A DNA stretch of 61,280 nucleotides, the filler included, from Perkinsus olseni (lineage: Eukaryota), in NCBI GenBank assembly GCA_013115125.1. It is 2 parts of 2 records of this genome, joined end to end, with 100 filler letters (N's around TTAATTAATTAA, not from the genome) between each part and the next. Parts side by side here need not be neighbours in the genome. Positions count along the whole stretch, not along the records: positions 30,737 to 61,280 come from JABANN010000420.1; 1 more part is not named here. One strand, given 5' to 3'. This document shows, piece by piece, positions 48,601-59,641 of this stretch. The translations under genes were made by a program, and so were the position numbers. The notes under the pieces were generated by a model, which saw only the letters and a list, made by a program, of their open reading frames with translations, was not told the DNA's origin and made no database searches. How positions within the stretch are numbered: position 1 is the stretch's first letter; every line of letters begins with the position of its first letter.

Positions 48601-50967
48601 GAAGATAGTCGTCGAATCGGCGAGGCAGCTGAGAGCGCAGACCCACGCAGCCAGTGGTAAGGCCTCCTTACCGCTGTAAACCTCCTTTTTGAATTCGACT
48701 TATTGTAGTCTGTGGACGCTGCAATGAGTGTCTGATGCGAGCTAGCAGCGACCCGGATACCAACAAGGCGGCCAGCGCGAACCACAGTGACATGGACAGG
48801 CTTGTGTGGGCCCTCTCGTTGTAGCACGCCTCCGCTACTCCGAATTTTCAGAGCGTGTCAGAACTGCGGGCTAACTGTGCATTGGCGCTGCTTCCTGCGA
48901 CCCGGCCTGCCGCCTCTCAACGTTCTTGATTATGATGATTCTAAGGTGCTCGCATCGCTCCGCCGAAATCTTTCTAATCCTTGGATCAGTTAACATCAGC
49001 GATGTATCACTGCCCGTACCCACTGGCCGCTAGGAGTCAGGATGGCACTTTCCTTTGCGAACGTTGCAAGTATGTTAAAGAATTCGGCGACCTGCAGGAG
49101 CAATCTGACGTGAAAACCGACGCAGCAGAAGAACCCCCGGGGGAAGAGACGACTGCCGTGGACGCAGTTCAGGTAAGTGGCGCTCGGGAGGCAGTGCACG
49201 ACCGGGCAGTCGCTTCTTTGTATCGAACTCCTTCACCGAAGAGTTCGAAGGCTTCGCAATTCCGTAACGCTATCCACATGAGGCGATTCAGGAAAAGCCG
49301 CATGACTCATCGCTCAGGCCCAGGAGGCCGGTCGTACAGGGTCGGTTAAATTTTCTGACACCTACTGCATCCTATGCCAGCAGCTAGGAGGCCTCCTCGT
49401 CCGAGTTGAGAACACTGAGGAGCGTCAGTGGGACCCGCACGGCTACTGGGTATCGCCGGGCTGTCGGCGATGTTGCGAGCAAACGCTCAGGTCCACCCGC
49501 GCTGCGTTTACTGGCTACTGCCAACTCAATCACTCAGCCTCAATATGACGACTACTCCAATTGACATAAATTCTCATGCACTGATAAAGTCGATACCGAA
49601 AGATGTAGAGCAGCGAAGGGCATGTGCATGCGTGCAGTCGTAACCCGACAGGCACACTTCAGTCTGTGCTGGATATGCGGCCAGCGCTCTGGATGCACTG
49701 TAAAATGTGCGAAGGCCGGTTGCCTGTAGGAATCAGTGCCGATCAATACCTGATCTATTGTGCGCTCTCTGTTTAGCCGACGCTTTCATGTCTCCTGTGG
49801 TTGGTACACTGGCTGTCACTTCATCATAAAAAGTTCGTCTGGTGTGGTAAGAAATTTCTGCACGAAAGCAGTGGGTATATATAACTTCCCAAGGTCCTCG
49901 CGGGGTCAGCCTGTCGTCCGAGAAGCGGTGGCTCCGCTGCAGCTGGACAAAATCCATCCATCGACAAGCAAGTTCTCGAAGCTCTGCGGGACGGTAGGCT
50001 GTGTACTACCGGCTTTCCTCCATCTCCCACTGCAGAGCGGGCGCCGCTCAAACGCTACGCCTACTGCTCGAGCCATCGGCCGCCGAGGCTGACCGGAAGG
50101 AAAATCTCTAACGCGGTCGGCGGGGCTGCCGTGGATGAGCCCAGGATGCTACCCCTGCCACACTGTAGGGTGATCTGAACGAACTCAGCCCTCATAATCC
50201 CCGTTCAGATGAGAGCCCCCTGCACATGCAGTACGCTAACGTTGTGCGAGCACGCGTGGTAAGTTGGGTGTCCTTCTCCGTTCCCTTATAATACAGACCC
50301 TTCAGCGAGGCGTTCGCCGGTGGTTTCAACGGGCTTCTTGTTGTTTTTAGAATAGCACCAATCTGTTCGTGCCGATCAATCCAGAGGCTGGCATCGCAGC
50401 AGATCAGCGCAAGAAGCGGAAGCTCTCGTCCAACGCCACACTACGAACACCGAAGAGTGAGTGCGGCCGCGTAACCGCACGTGGCAGAGTCTTGTTCTTG
50501 CAGAGTCGGCCAAACGAAAAGCGAAGCGACGCAAGGTGAAGCGAGACTCTCAGGAGTCCTCTACACCAGTCCTCGCTGGCAGCATCATCACCCGCGATGG
50601 GATCAGTACGCTTAAACCGGAGAACTCTTATTGAGAACGGTTCGTCTCAGCTGAACTCGTCGATGTGGATGACTGGGAGGGGTCCTGTCCCAAGTGTGGC
50701 ATCCCTTGGGACCCCAACGATCCAGGGCAGCTGATAGGCTGTGATGAGGTGCGTATCGGAGGGCTCGTGGCTTATGACTGTATTGCTGATCAGTGCGATG
50801 AGTGGTACCATATGGCCTGTGTGGGCCTTATATCAGCGCCCGAGGGGAAATGGTAAGGTGCTGCCCCCGCTCCAACATGAGGAGTTCGGTGGTGGTTCAG
50901 GTTCTGTCCGAATTGTTCCAAAGCGAAGACGCCTTCAAGGAAGCGATCACAAGGCCACGCACGTTAA
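45668..50967 (+). CDS. PHD-finger chromatin reader with two PZP (PHD-zinc knuckle-ePHD) modules and a C-terminal PHD, BRPF/JADE/NTO1-like
   Basis: CSICGDGDVDDDNAILICDGCHFAAHQKCYGV..WFCRTC; WAHVKCAVWI; VIYCPRH; second module CQNCGLTVHWRC, VHPRCVYWLLP, CAGYAASA-adjacent CAKAGC/FHVSCG/FCTKA segments; final CPKCG..LIGCDECDEWYHMACVGL..EGKWFCPNC. Stop TAA at 50965-50967. The start is tentative. Confidence 0.88.
47341..47375 (-). promoter_or_regulatory. Intronic tRNA T-arm / B-box-like element
   Basis: Minus strand reads AGGTCGCAGGTTCGATCCCCGGCACCGGCG, inside intron 47300-47377. Confidence 0.65.
47827..47861 (+). promoter_or_regulatory. Intronic tRNA T-arm / B-box-like element followed by T7
   Basis: AGGGTCCCGGGTTCGATCCCCGGTGGAG-TTTTTTT fills most of the 50-nt intron 47814-47863. 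Perfect 5-bp T-stem. Confidence 0.7.
47996..48017 (+). promoter_or_regulatory. Intronic tRNA T-arm / B-box-like element
   Basis: AGATCGCAGGTTCGATCCCGGC in the 46-nt intron 47981-48026. Confidence 0.65.
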
Positions 50968-51678
50968 TCTTTTGCACTATCAGCGACTGCAACGTCATAT
51001 TACTAATATCATTGTTATTGCAGCGGTTAGACGAGAAAAGAGCTTGTTGTGTTGTTAAATCGAAGAGATCATCGTCGCAATCAGAGACACAATGTTATCG
51101 CGCGAGGAACCTATTCTTTGGGCCTGTCTCTATGCTGCTACGAACATGAGTACCCGAGGCGAATCCTTCATCAAGGTGCTCGAGAGAAAAGTTAGGCGTA
51201 GAACCTCCGAATTGCCCGAATAACTCACCCCACGGTACGAGGCCGTATGTTCCTGGCACATCGGCTACGACCCTAACTAAGACTAAGCTGGCGATGGCTT
51301 AAGACGAACACATACACCGGACGTATTACGGATAGTGATCATCCACGCGACCATCGATCAATGATCGGGGCGTTGGAAGACCCAATAGAGCTGCCAATTG
51401 ACGACATGAACACGAGGCAATGCTGTCTTCTAAGAAGCCGCGCCTTTAAATTTCCGAGTAATTATCGTGGTACTTATCGATTACCGCTATTTATCGTGTG
51501 AATGGACACAGTAAACGTCGTGGAACTACCAATACAGCCAACAACAACAACATCGCAGGAAAACTCGAGGGCCAAGCATCTCTATGAATGATGAATAATT
51601 GTCTCAATCGTATAGTAGCAAACAGTACACGTATGCCACTCTCAGAAGGACCCCATCACCACAAAGGACAGCGAATGC

Positions 51679-52291
51679 TTAGTTAGGGCAGTCCCTGGCG
51701 AAGTGACCGGGCTGGCCGCACTTGAAGCAGTTCCTTCCCTCGGCACCTGAAATCACACGACATGAGATGCAACTCAGACAGCACAACACAAGGCATTAAG
51801 CGTGCGAAGGTCATTTATTACCACGTCCACGGGGAGCACGATCGCTCTCAGGCCTGGTATCCTCGTTGGGGCAGTCACGGGCGAGATGACCGGTCTGGCC
51901 GCAACGGAAGCAGGCACGGGTATCAGGGGCGGTGCAATCCCTAATGGCAGAAGACACTTACGTGACTCAGGACCTATACCGTGCTTTATTACCTAGCGAA
52001 ATGACCGACCTGACCGCACTTGAAGCAGGGCCTCTGGTTGGTCTGCTCATTGGGGCAGTCACGAGCAAGATGATCGGGCTTGCCGCAGTTGTAACAGTTC
52101 ATGGGGCGGCGACCAGCAGGCTGAAAAATTACGATACACACTCATACCACACCATTCCCAACACTTACGCGAGAGCTGGAGGCCTGAGGGCAGTCCCTGG
52201 CGAAGTGACCGGGCTCGTTGCAGATGAAGCAAGTAGAGGAAGAAACGCGATCGGTGGCGGTAGTGGTGGGAGTGGCGGCAGTATCAGCCAT
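51679..52291 (-). CDS. CNBP/GIS2/UMSBP-like nucleic-acid-binding protein with five CCHC zinc knuckles (4 exons)
   Basis: CFICNEPGHFARDC, CYNCGKPDHLARDC, CFKCGQVGHFARDC, CFRCGQTGHLARDC, CFKCGQPGHFARDC. Confidence 0.93.
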
Positions 52292-52448
52292 TATTTTAGG
52301 AAACGTATGATAGCTAGACCCTGAAGGGAGTAGTTGCATGCGATTCACTCAATGGCCTCTTAGGACGCAGCTCGACATAGCGCCCGTTAACAATGAAGGC
52401 CGGCAGCCGAATCGATCACCAGGGCGAGCGCAAACTCGAGTATCTTGT

Positions 52449-52514
52449 GCTCCCACTTTAGCCTATGCGGAGCGAAGGGAGGTCGTAGGTTCGATCCCTG
52501 GCGGGGGCTCTTTT
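52449..52514 (+). other. Truncated tRNA-like / B-box element in the region upstream of the CNBP-like gene
   Basis: GCTCCC...GGAGGTCGTAGGTTCGATCCCTGGCGGGGGC. Acceptor-like pairing of the ends and a T-loop, but no full D or anticodon arm. Confidence 0.55.
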
Positions 52515-52658
52515 CTCACGCGAAAATTCCGACTGATGAATGAAAGTCAACATAGTGGAAGAAACTCATCACTAACGAGGCAATTGTATCAGAATGAATT
52601 CACACAGCACTGATAATGGTACACTGTGACGGTGGCCCAAAGGGCGGTGAGGGTAGCG

Positions 52659-52856
52659 TCAGAACCGCAGCGAGTGCATCTCTCGTTTCAACAGGGTCTC
52701 CATCATCTCCAACGGTAGCACATCTCCGCCTTGTGTAGTTGGAACGTAGCAGTCTCTCGCTCGAAGTAGCGCTTGAACGGACTCTTCGAGGACCCGAGCG
52801 CCACGAAGAACAGTCGACCGATCGCTTGACGCAAGCATGCGTAAGGGGTTGATATC

Positions 52857-52890
<34 letters not shown>

Positions 52891-53570
52891 AACCCGAGAG
52901 GAACGCCCAAGATGTAAGACACCATACAGGTTAGATGAGCCAGATACAAAACAGCCACGCTTGGGAACTGCTCTGACGACTGAGACAGGGCGGCGATATC
53001 GCCGTTAGAGGTCATAGGGAAGCCCCTGATGGTCCGATACCGACCACTGCAGTTCTCTATAGGGTAGAGGTCGTTGGTGATCTCCTTGAGCATCACTAAG
53101 CGAATATAATAACGGCAAAACACTAAACTGAGCAGCATCGTTCTCTGCGTCTTCTCAGCGCCCACCATGGGCTGTATTTTCACACGATAGCCCAAAGACT
53201 CCAGTTGTCGACTGGCGACCTTCACAACACTAGTAGGGCACTCCTCCTTCTGAAGTAGCACTCTTGCAAGCTTCCCTTTCAAACACTGAGCCTTCTTATT
53301 CTCCCGTCCAATGGCGAAGCGAAGGTCGTCTCGTCGACGCCTCAACTCCTCCAACTTTCTCATGCGCACACGCCGGGGGTCTCCAGTAATAAGATCTTCC
53401 ATCTTCCTCATAACCGCATTGGTCCTGCCGACGACAGCGACGTATTGACGATAGAACTCCCAAGTCGCCTCCACTTGAGCTATCAACGCGTCTATGGCGA
53501 TGCTGCGGATCTCCGGAAAGGGAAGGACGTCGTCATCGGGGAGATCGTCAGACGATGAAGACGAGGCCAT
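52659..53570 (-). CDS. UVRAG/Vps38/Atg14-like protein, intronless
   Basis: Coiled-coil region, then LKEITNDLYPIE...RTIRGFPM...VAVLYLAHLTCMVSYILGVPL, typical of the Atg14/UVRAG family. A poly-Ser tract is encoded by (CAG)n. Confidence 0.7.
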
Positions 53571-54935
53571 GAGGGAAGGGTGTGCTCGCAAATAACATAC
53601 CACTACTACGATTCAGCGAAAGGCTTCCTTCAAAAAATTCTCACAAAACCGAGCTTGGTCTCAAGATTAGTTCGTGATGACACTCCCTTATTGAGTATAA
53701 ACCCAACACCACCACGGAAGCCCAACCAATTCTTTCAAATGATGATGATGAAACGACTGACTCGTCAAAAGCGATAGTAGCAGTAATAGGTTAACCGGAC
53801 TTTCTCATGACGCCCTAGTCTTGACGGCTAGAGGTGCCAGAAAACTCTTCCTGCGACGAAACAGAAGGCTGACAGTAACACAACCGCTACTACGCAGCCT
53901 GAGAGCAGACGAACTTCAACATATTAACTTTATCGAGTAACGGAGCTACTTCCCATCGATCCACCTGATATGAGTGGGCGAGTACAGAAAGGAATGCTAC
54001 TGGTAACGATCGTGAAGCGAAATACAACAGGCACATTACTTCACATTAATCGGCGACCTTCACGAGAGAAAAAAAACAATGCCAAAGCAACAGCATCAGC
54101 AACAACAGCAGCAGCCGACAACAGCCGCACTAATAGTAGTACAGCAAGAAACGAGACGACCGTCAACCAACAAGAGAGACTCCTGTACATCGATGATGAT
54201 GCCGCTATAATGCAAACGGTGATCCTGGCCCACCGCCGTCTTTGGTGATGAAACCACAACACAGTTGATAATGTTACGATACTTCAAATGCAGCACTGGC
54301 AAGGCGCGAGCCAAACTGGGATGGAAACGCTCATGTGGTTCGCCCAAAGTGGCTCGACGCTGAGTCCAGTATACGAGAGAATCAACGGTCGTTACTACCG
54401 GCATTAGCCATGGTATAAAATTACTATTTCTACTACTACTACCGGCCGGCCTCTCGACGAACGACGAAATTGAACCCTTTATTGAAAATTACCGCGCGCC
54501 ACGAAATTAGACAACTCCGGTGGTGACACGATCGTTGCCCTAGGAGAGATCGCAGGCAAACAGCCAGAACTGCATCCCATAGCGATCAACCGATCAGGCG
54601 GAGACAAACGAGGTTCGTGAATACCAGCAAGAGGGCAGCCATCGGGCGAACGAGAGAAGGAAAACGTCACACGACCTTCCCCTAAGTTCGAACGCCCCAT
54701 GGCAGCCGCGGCCAGCCGATGGCACTTAACACAGTTAACGAGAGGCAGACGAGAATAGTACAGAAGCGGAAGCGACGACCACGGTCGTAGCCGCCACTAG
54801 GATACAATAAATGAGCCATGTTACATCTGATACTTATTAGAATTGGGGCCTCGACACTGGGGTAGGGAAGCGCCTGTTACGAATGGCGGACTTCATTTTA
54901 CGACGACTGCTGATGATGATTATGATGAAAGGGAG

Positions 54936-57900
54936 TTAGGCCGAGTGATTGCGGCTGCCGGCTTCCATGGTCACATACCAAGCATTGGACGTGGTTCGAC
55001 GCAGGGATGAGAGGAAGCCTCGCTGTTGTTGGTGTGACGCGACGTGATGATTGTCAGTTGGGGAGCGGCCGGCCAGGTACGATGGGGAGGAAATGGACGA
55101 CTCTCGCGGTACGTTGCCGAGGTGCTCCGAGGCGACGGAATCTGCACGCACGCACAATAATGAGAATCCATGGGGTCTAACTCGCGTATCATTCCTCTTG
55201 TCAAATACCATGGTGACCTCAACCTAGGAGCGCAGGTAGCACGAGCTAAGATTCACGCATCACCCTAGGGTACCATCATCATCGACTAACGGGGGCCTCT
55301 CGACCAAAGGAGGCCTTTGTCGGGTGATTAATCTTAACGAACTCATTCTCGCTCGGAAAATGGCCATTACCATACCACACCTTGACCAATTCGCCCGATC
55401 TCCCAACCGCAAGCTACCTTTTGCATCGTCGACATCGAAGCTCGCTGGCAACTTAACAGAGGGCACACACGATAGCGAGAATAGTGTCCGACCGACCTGA
55501 TCGATACCACTACACCTCACATCGACCTGGCCGCTCCCCTACTTGAATTGCTGTAGGAGCGCCATCAGAGGCCAGAGGGACCTCACCGCCCCGAACTGCG
55601 ACCAGTGTGCCGAACTTGGACATGAGATCCTGAGTGATTGAAACTAGAAGATACCTTCAGAAAGAAGCTCGCGTCGATTGAATTTCGTGGCGCGCGAAAT
55701 TGTGCTGATTTGCTTGTCTCTCACCACCTGAATCCACACGTGGCCGTTTTCATAGCGGATACTGGCGTGTTTACGAGAGATGGAAACCTGAGACAGATGA
55801 ATGGCAACCGATCCAAAAAAGAAGAAAAACCCAGAATAAGAGCACTCATACCGCACTCGGAAGATTCCGTCCTGAAAGAACCCCGGATGAAAGATTCCAC
55901 CGCTCATCTCTGAACCCGCTCTAAGACCAGAATGATGAGTCCAACAATTGTCATGATTCTAGCATCGTGAAAAATGCATTTCTCGCGCGCCACAAAATTG
56001 TCAACAACTGCAAAATTGCAACTTACATCAGTAATCCTAACCTGACTCTCATGGCCCCTGCCGAGGATGACCGGTGTGTTGTCGGCAAGGCTGATGATAT
56101 GCAGGCCCGATGGAGTTAGTGAAGATGTCGAGGACATCGAAGACGGGTCTGAGCATTACCATCATCGACCGCCGCCCAACGTGTAACCGCTATCTGCGGC
56201 AATTCCACCAAGGGCGACTTCGAACGTCCGAAGGGCGAGGTATGTTCGGAAAAAACATCTCGCATTTTTGACTCTCTCGTAGCCCACAACCACGGCAGTA
56301 AAACTCCTCGCTCCAACTCGCACACAGCGTCAAGGAGCCGTTGAGACGATGCAGAATCCTTCCATCCACTGTTTTACTAGCGGGAACAACGATTGTCAAT
56401 CCGACCAATTTTCGGAAGTCGTTGATCGTGATCGGCCCGAGCATTTCAAGATTTCCGGAGAACCTCATCTATGGCATCCTACGCAAACGATTACGCCCGA
56501 GTGAATGGTTCCGACCAACATTCGTCAGCTCAGCTCTTCTTAGGAATCCCCTCCGAAGTGACCTCTCCTCATTACCAGAATTTTCCTCGTTGCTGGCGAG
56601 CGACTCCAAGACAATGATCGGCGCGCGGAGTTGAGGTACCTCCACCAGAGTAGTGAGACTATCAGAGCCGGGCAGCCGTATCTAAGGCGAGTAGAGATGC
56701 TTTTTTGGCGAGACCTCGCTCGACCCCAAGATACTATCCCTAGTCTTCCTACCACTCCATTCGGAACATTATGAATATCTTTTTGTATCATTGAAGTGCT
56801 CAGTTCTACGTCGAACCACCGATGGACGAGATCACAGATCCAAATTAAGCCTTGACATTTTCGTTCCGAACACTGTTCGAAAACATTCCAAAACCGTCTC
56901 GAGACAGTCAAGCCGGCAAGATTGTCTGCCGGGTGGTCCATCCTGGAGACTGACTGAATGGCACGGTTTCTCACTAAAACTGCAGGCACGAAGCGCCCGT
57001 ATGAACAAGCCAGGAGAAATACGGGAGAAAGGGTTCCAGAAATGACCACCACCAGCCCTCCGTACATAAGTGGGATACAGTTGTTTGCAAAGCTCACAGG
57101 AGAGCTGCTTATAGAAAAAGTGACAAGTGGCTAGTGCGTCGGTCTCATCGGGGAGCTCTAGACGACCGTTGATCCACCGCCGTAAACAGGACAGATGGAC
57201 GTATCTTGAGGATAGCTGGCACGATACAGGTTAACCTACAACACGCATGCTCACCGGATACTTCCACTGCAGTTGCATGGCGCAATCATCGGGTCATCAT
57301 CCTCAGCACCTGACCATGAGATCCTCCTAGACAATAACCACGGGTAGCTAGGCAAAGCGACAGTCCTCTCTCGGGTGCTCATAGCATGGCAACAGTCGAC
57401 GATTTTGTGGCGCGCGACATCGGATTCGACCGGCCCCTCTTCCCTTCAAAGCCAGCACTACCAAGAGGCGAGGTGATTCACAACAATCTTCAGGGAAACA
57501 GGACGTTGCCCCCACGTTATCACAAATATCGGGGAAAAAACTTTTCGAGCATTGCCCGCCGCTTGAGGACCCGCAGCGTCTTGATCAACCCTTCTGCTTA
57601 CCTTCCATCAGACATATCTTACACACTAGCTTCTTAGCCTCCTCTGTACCACCACCGACGGCCGTGACGAACGAGGGATCTGCAGGAAGGGGACGTTGGC
57701 ACATGAGAAGGTCGGTTGGCAGGCCCAGATTGCACGGGAGAATCAACCAAGAGCCACCAGTGTTTCCATCTTACTCGATGCAGTGCCACTACTAGAGAGT
57801 TGAATTTCGCCTTGGTTAATTGTTCTGGACGGACGACGAGGGACGACGCTATCGCTGCCGCCGGACGACGATCGCGAACCTGCGGTAACCGTCATTCTCG

Positions 57901-59641
57901 CGCGCCACAAAAATAAGGTCGCACTTCTATGGAATGAACGGCTCAACTGGCGCTTCCTCTGACGGTAGGTTCGTGCCAAGTCTAGCGACGGCCACTGAAA
58001 TAACAGGAGTCGGGAGGTCCCGGGTTCGAACCCCGGCGAGGACGTACAGCATCCTCCTCATCTTCGCTGCCCATACACGTCTCTGCCGAGTCCGAGCGGC
58101 AGGCCATCGAAGACGCATCGGTGGCATCATCAGCATCATCCAGAATTATCTGGCAACGAGCTGTAAAATAAAAGAGAGAATTTTTTCACAGAAAAAGTTG
58201 AGCAATGATACAGCAAGTTCGAAAGTCCCAAGTTTGTTGTGCTCTTCGTGAGAGACTTCTGTAGTTGCAGCAAAGTTCAATCATGGAGGGGACGAGCTAA
58301 CACGCGGGCCAACAAATTTTTCTCAGCTTCAAGTCCTAGGAAGCATACCACACTACTTGATACGGGCAGCAGCGGTCATCAGAGTGTACGGCAACGAAGA
58401 GCTCACCTGTTTGACCCTCATTTGATATCGGCCGAGTTTGATGAGATCACCTTCTTGCAAGCAGTACCCTCCGGGAGCAGCATGACGAACAACCACCCAG
58501 GAGTGTAGCTCATCAGACGATCCGACTGAGGACCGACAGTCAGATGGCGTAACCGATAACATGATCGCTCCTCTAGCCGATGATACCGGGTTCGAATCTT
58601 CCGCCCCGCACCTCACCTGGAGCCGCCCTATGCACCGTCTTAGCCACGAAGTCATCACCGGCCTCGTTCCTGAAAGCATTTCAAGTGCCTTCGAGTCAAG
58701 GAGATTCCAAAACGAGAAATGCATACAGAAGGAGAAACCAGAGTATTTTCCGTGTATCATGAGATTCTAAGCGGCAACTATACAAAATTGGATCGAAATT
58801 CTGTGAGAAATCTCCCATCAGAGTATCCAAAAAACCTGCTCATCTCGATTGCAGGATTGTTACGCTAATCAACTTTCGCAATTTCCAAACCCCGAACACC
58901 TTCTCTGCATTTCACTCAGATTTTCACGGCTAAGGATTTGCCAAGCAAACGGGAGGTGTTTTTGTCCAGAGTTGTGATGATAGGTTGGGCCGACAAAGCA
59001 ATTCTTAGACCTATTCAGTCCCATTTTCGGGCCGCCAGAAACCATGCTTGTTCTCGTGCGGCTCTCGCGTAACGCAGTCATATTATGACTTTTTCGAGAG
59101 CTTTCTGTATCATGACCGCGATAATAAAGAAAAGGCTCGAGGGCTCAGGCCGCTTCCCGACAGCACCTTGTCAACCGCAAGAGAGGCATCCGACTATCCA
59201 GTTGAGTGCTCTCCGGATCAACCAACGCCACTTCGGATTTGGTAGGATCGGCCACAGCTGTGTCAGCACGAACAAACTTAGCGCCTGGGAAGAGACACTT
59301 CACGACGCGGCCGTGCCGATGGACACTCACCTGCGGAGTCCGCCGGAATGGTGAACCTATTGTAAGTGACATGCCTGAAAAAATGACAAGTCCACGGCTG
59401 CTGAAGAGCTTAGGTAAACTGGCTACCTCGATTCGTAATCGAAGAGGTCATGGGAGTCCCTCATCCAGGTGGTTGCAACTACATCTACGCAGTTCTCGTG
59501 AACTCGTGAGGCACCATCACAGGATCCGTCGCAAGTGAGCTCAGATTGAACACGGTCGACTCGGTTAGCTGGTGGCTGGTAATAGGCGGATGACGAAGTA
59601 GTAGCCGTTTGTTGTTGTTGTTGTTGTTGTTGTTGTTGCAT
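54936..59641 (-). CDS. FHA + RING-CH (RINGv) + FHA domain protein, alveolate type, multi-exon
   Basis: PolyQ start, TWMRDSHDLFDYE, WVVVR..LQEGDLIKLGRYQMRVKQI, CKICLMEG..PMIAPCNCSGSIRYVHLSCLRRWI..CELCK, LGRGHESQVRITDVSISRKHASI..DLMSKFGTLV, IQVGRT. The 3' end is approximate. Confidence 0.92.
58011..58043 (+). promoter_or_regulatory. Intronic tRNA T-arm / B-box-like element, antisense to host gene
   Basis: CGGGAGGTCCCGGGTTCGAACCCCGGCGAGGAC fills most of the 53-nt intron 57995-58047. Perfect T-stem. Confidence 0.72.
58538..58610 (+). pseudogene. Decayed tRNA-like sequence filling an intron, antisense to host gene
   Basis: A-box/D-arm-like ATGGCGTAACCGATAAC, an imperfect anticodon-like stem ATCG..CGAT and B-box GGGTTCGAATC, within the 91-nt intron 58526-58616. 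Confidence 0.5.

Noticed and set aside
53760-54420. Short ORFs between the UVRAG-like and FHA genes
   Set aside because: Low-complexity sequence with no consistent spliced model or family signal.
47300-58616. Calling the T-arm elements functional tRNA genes
   Set aside because: None forms a complete cloverleaf with intact acceptor, D and anticodon arms.
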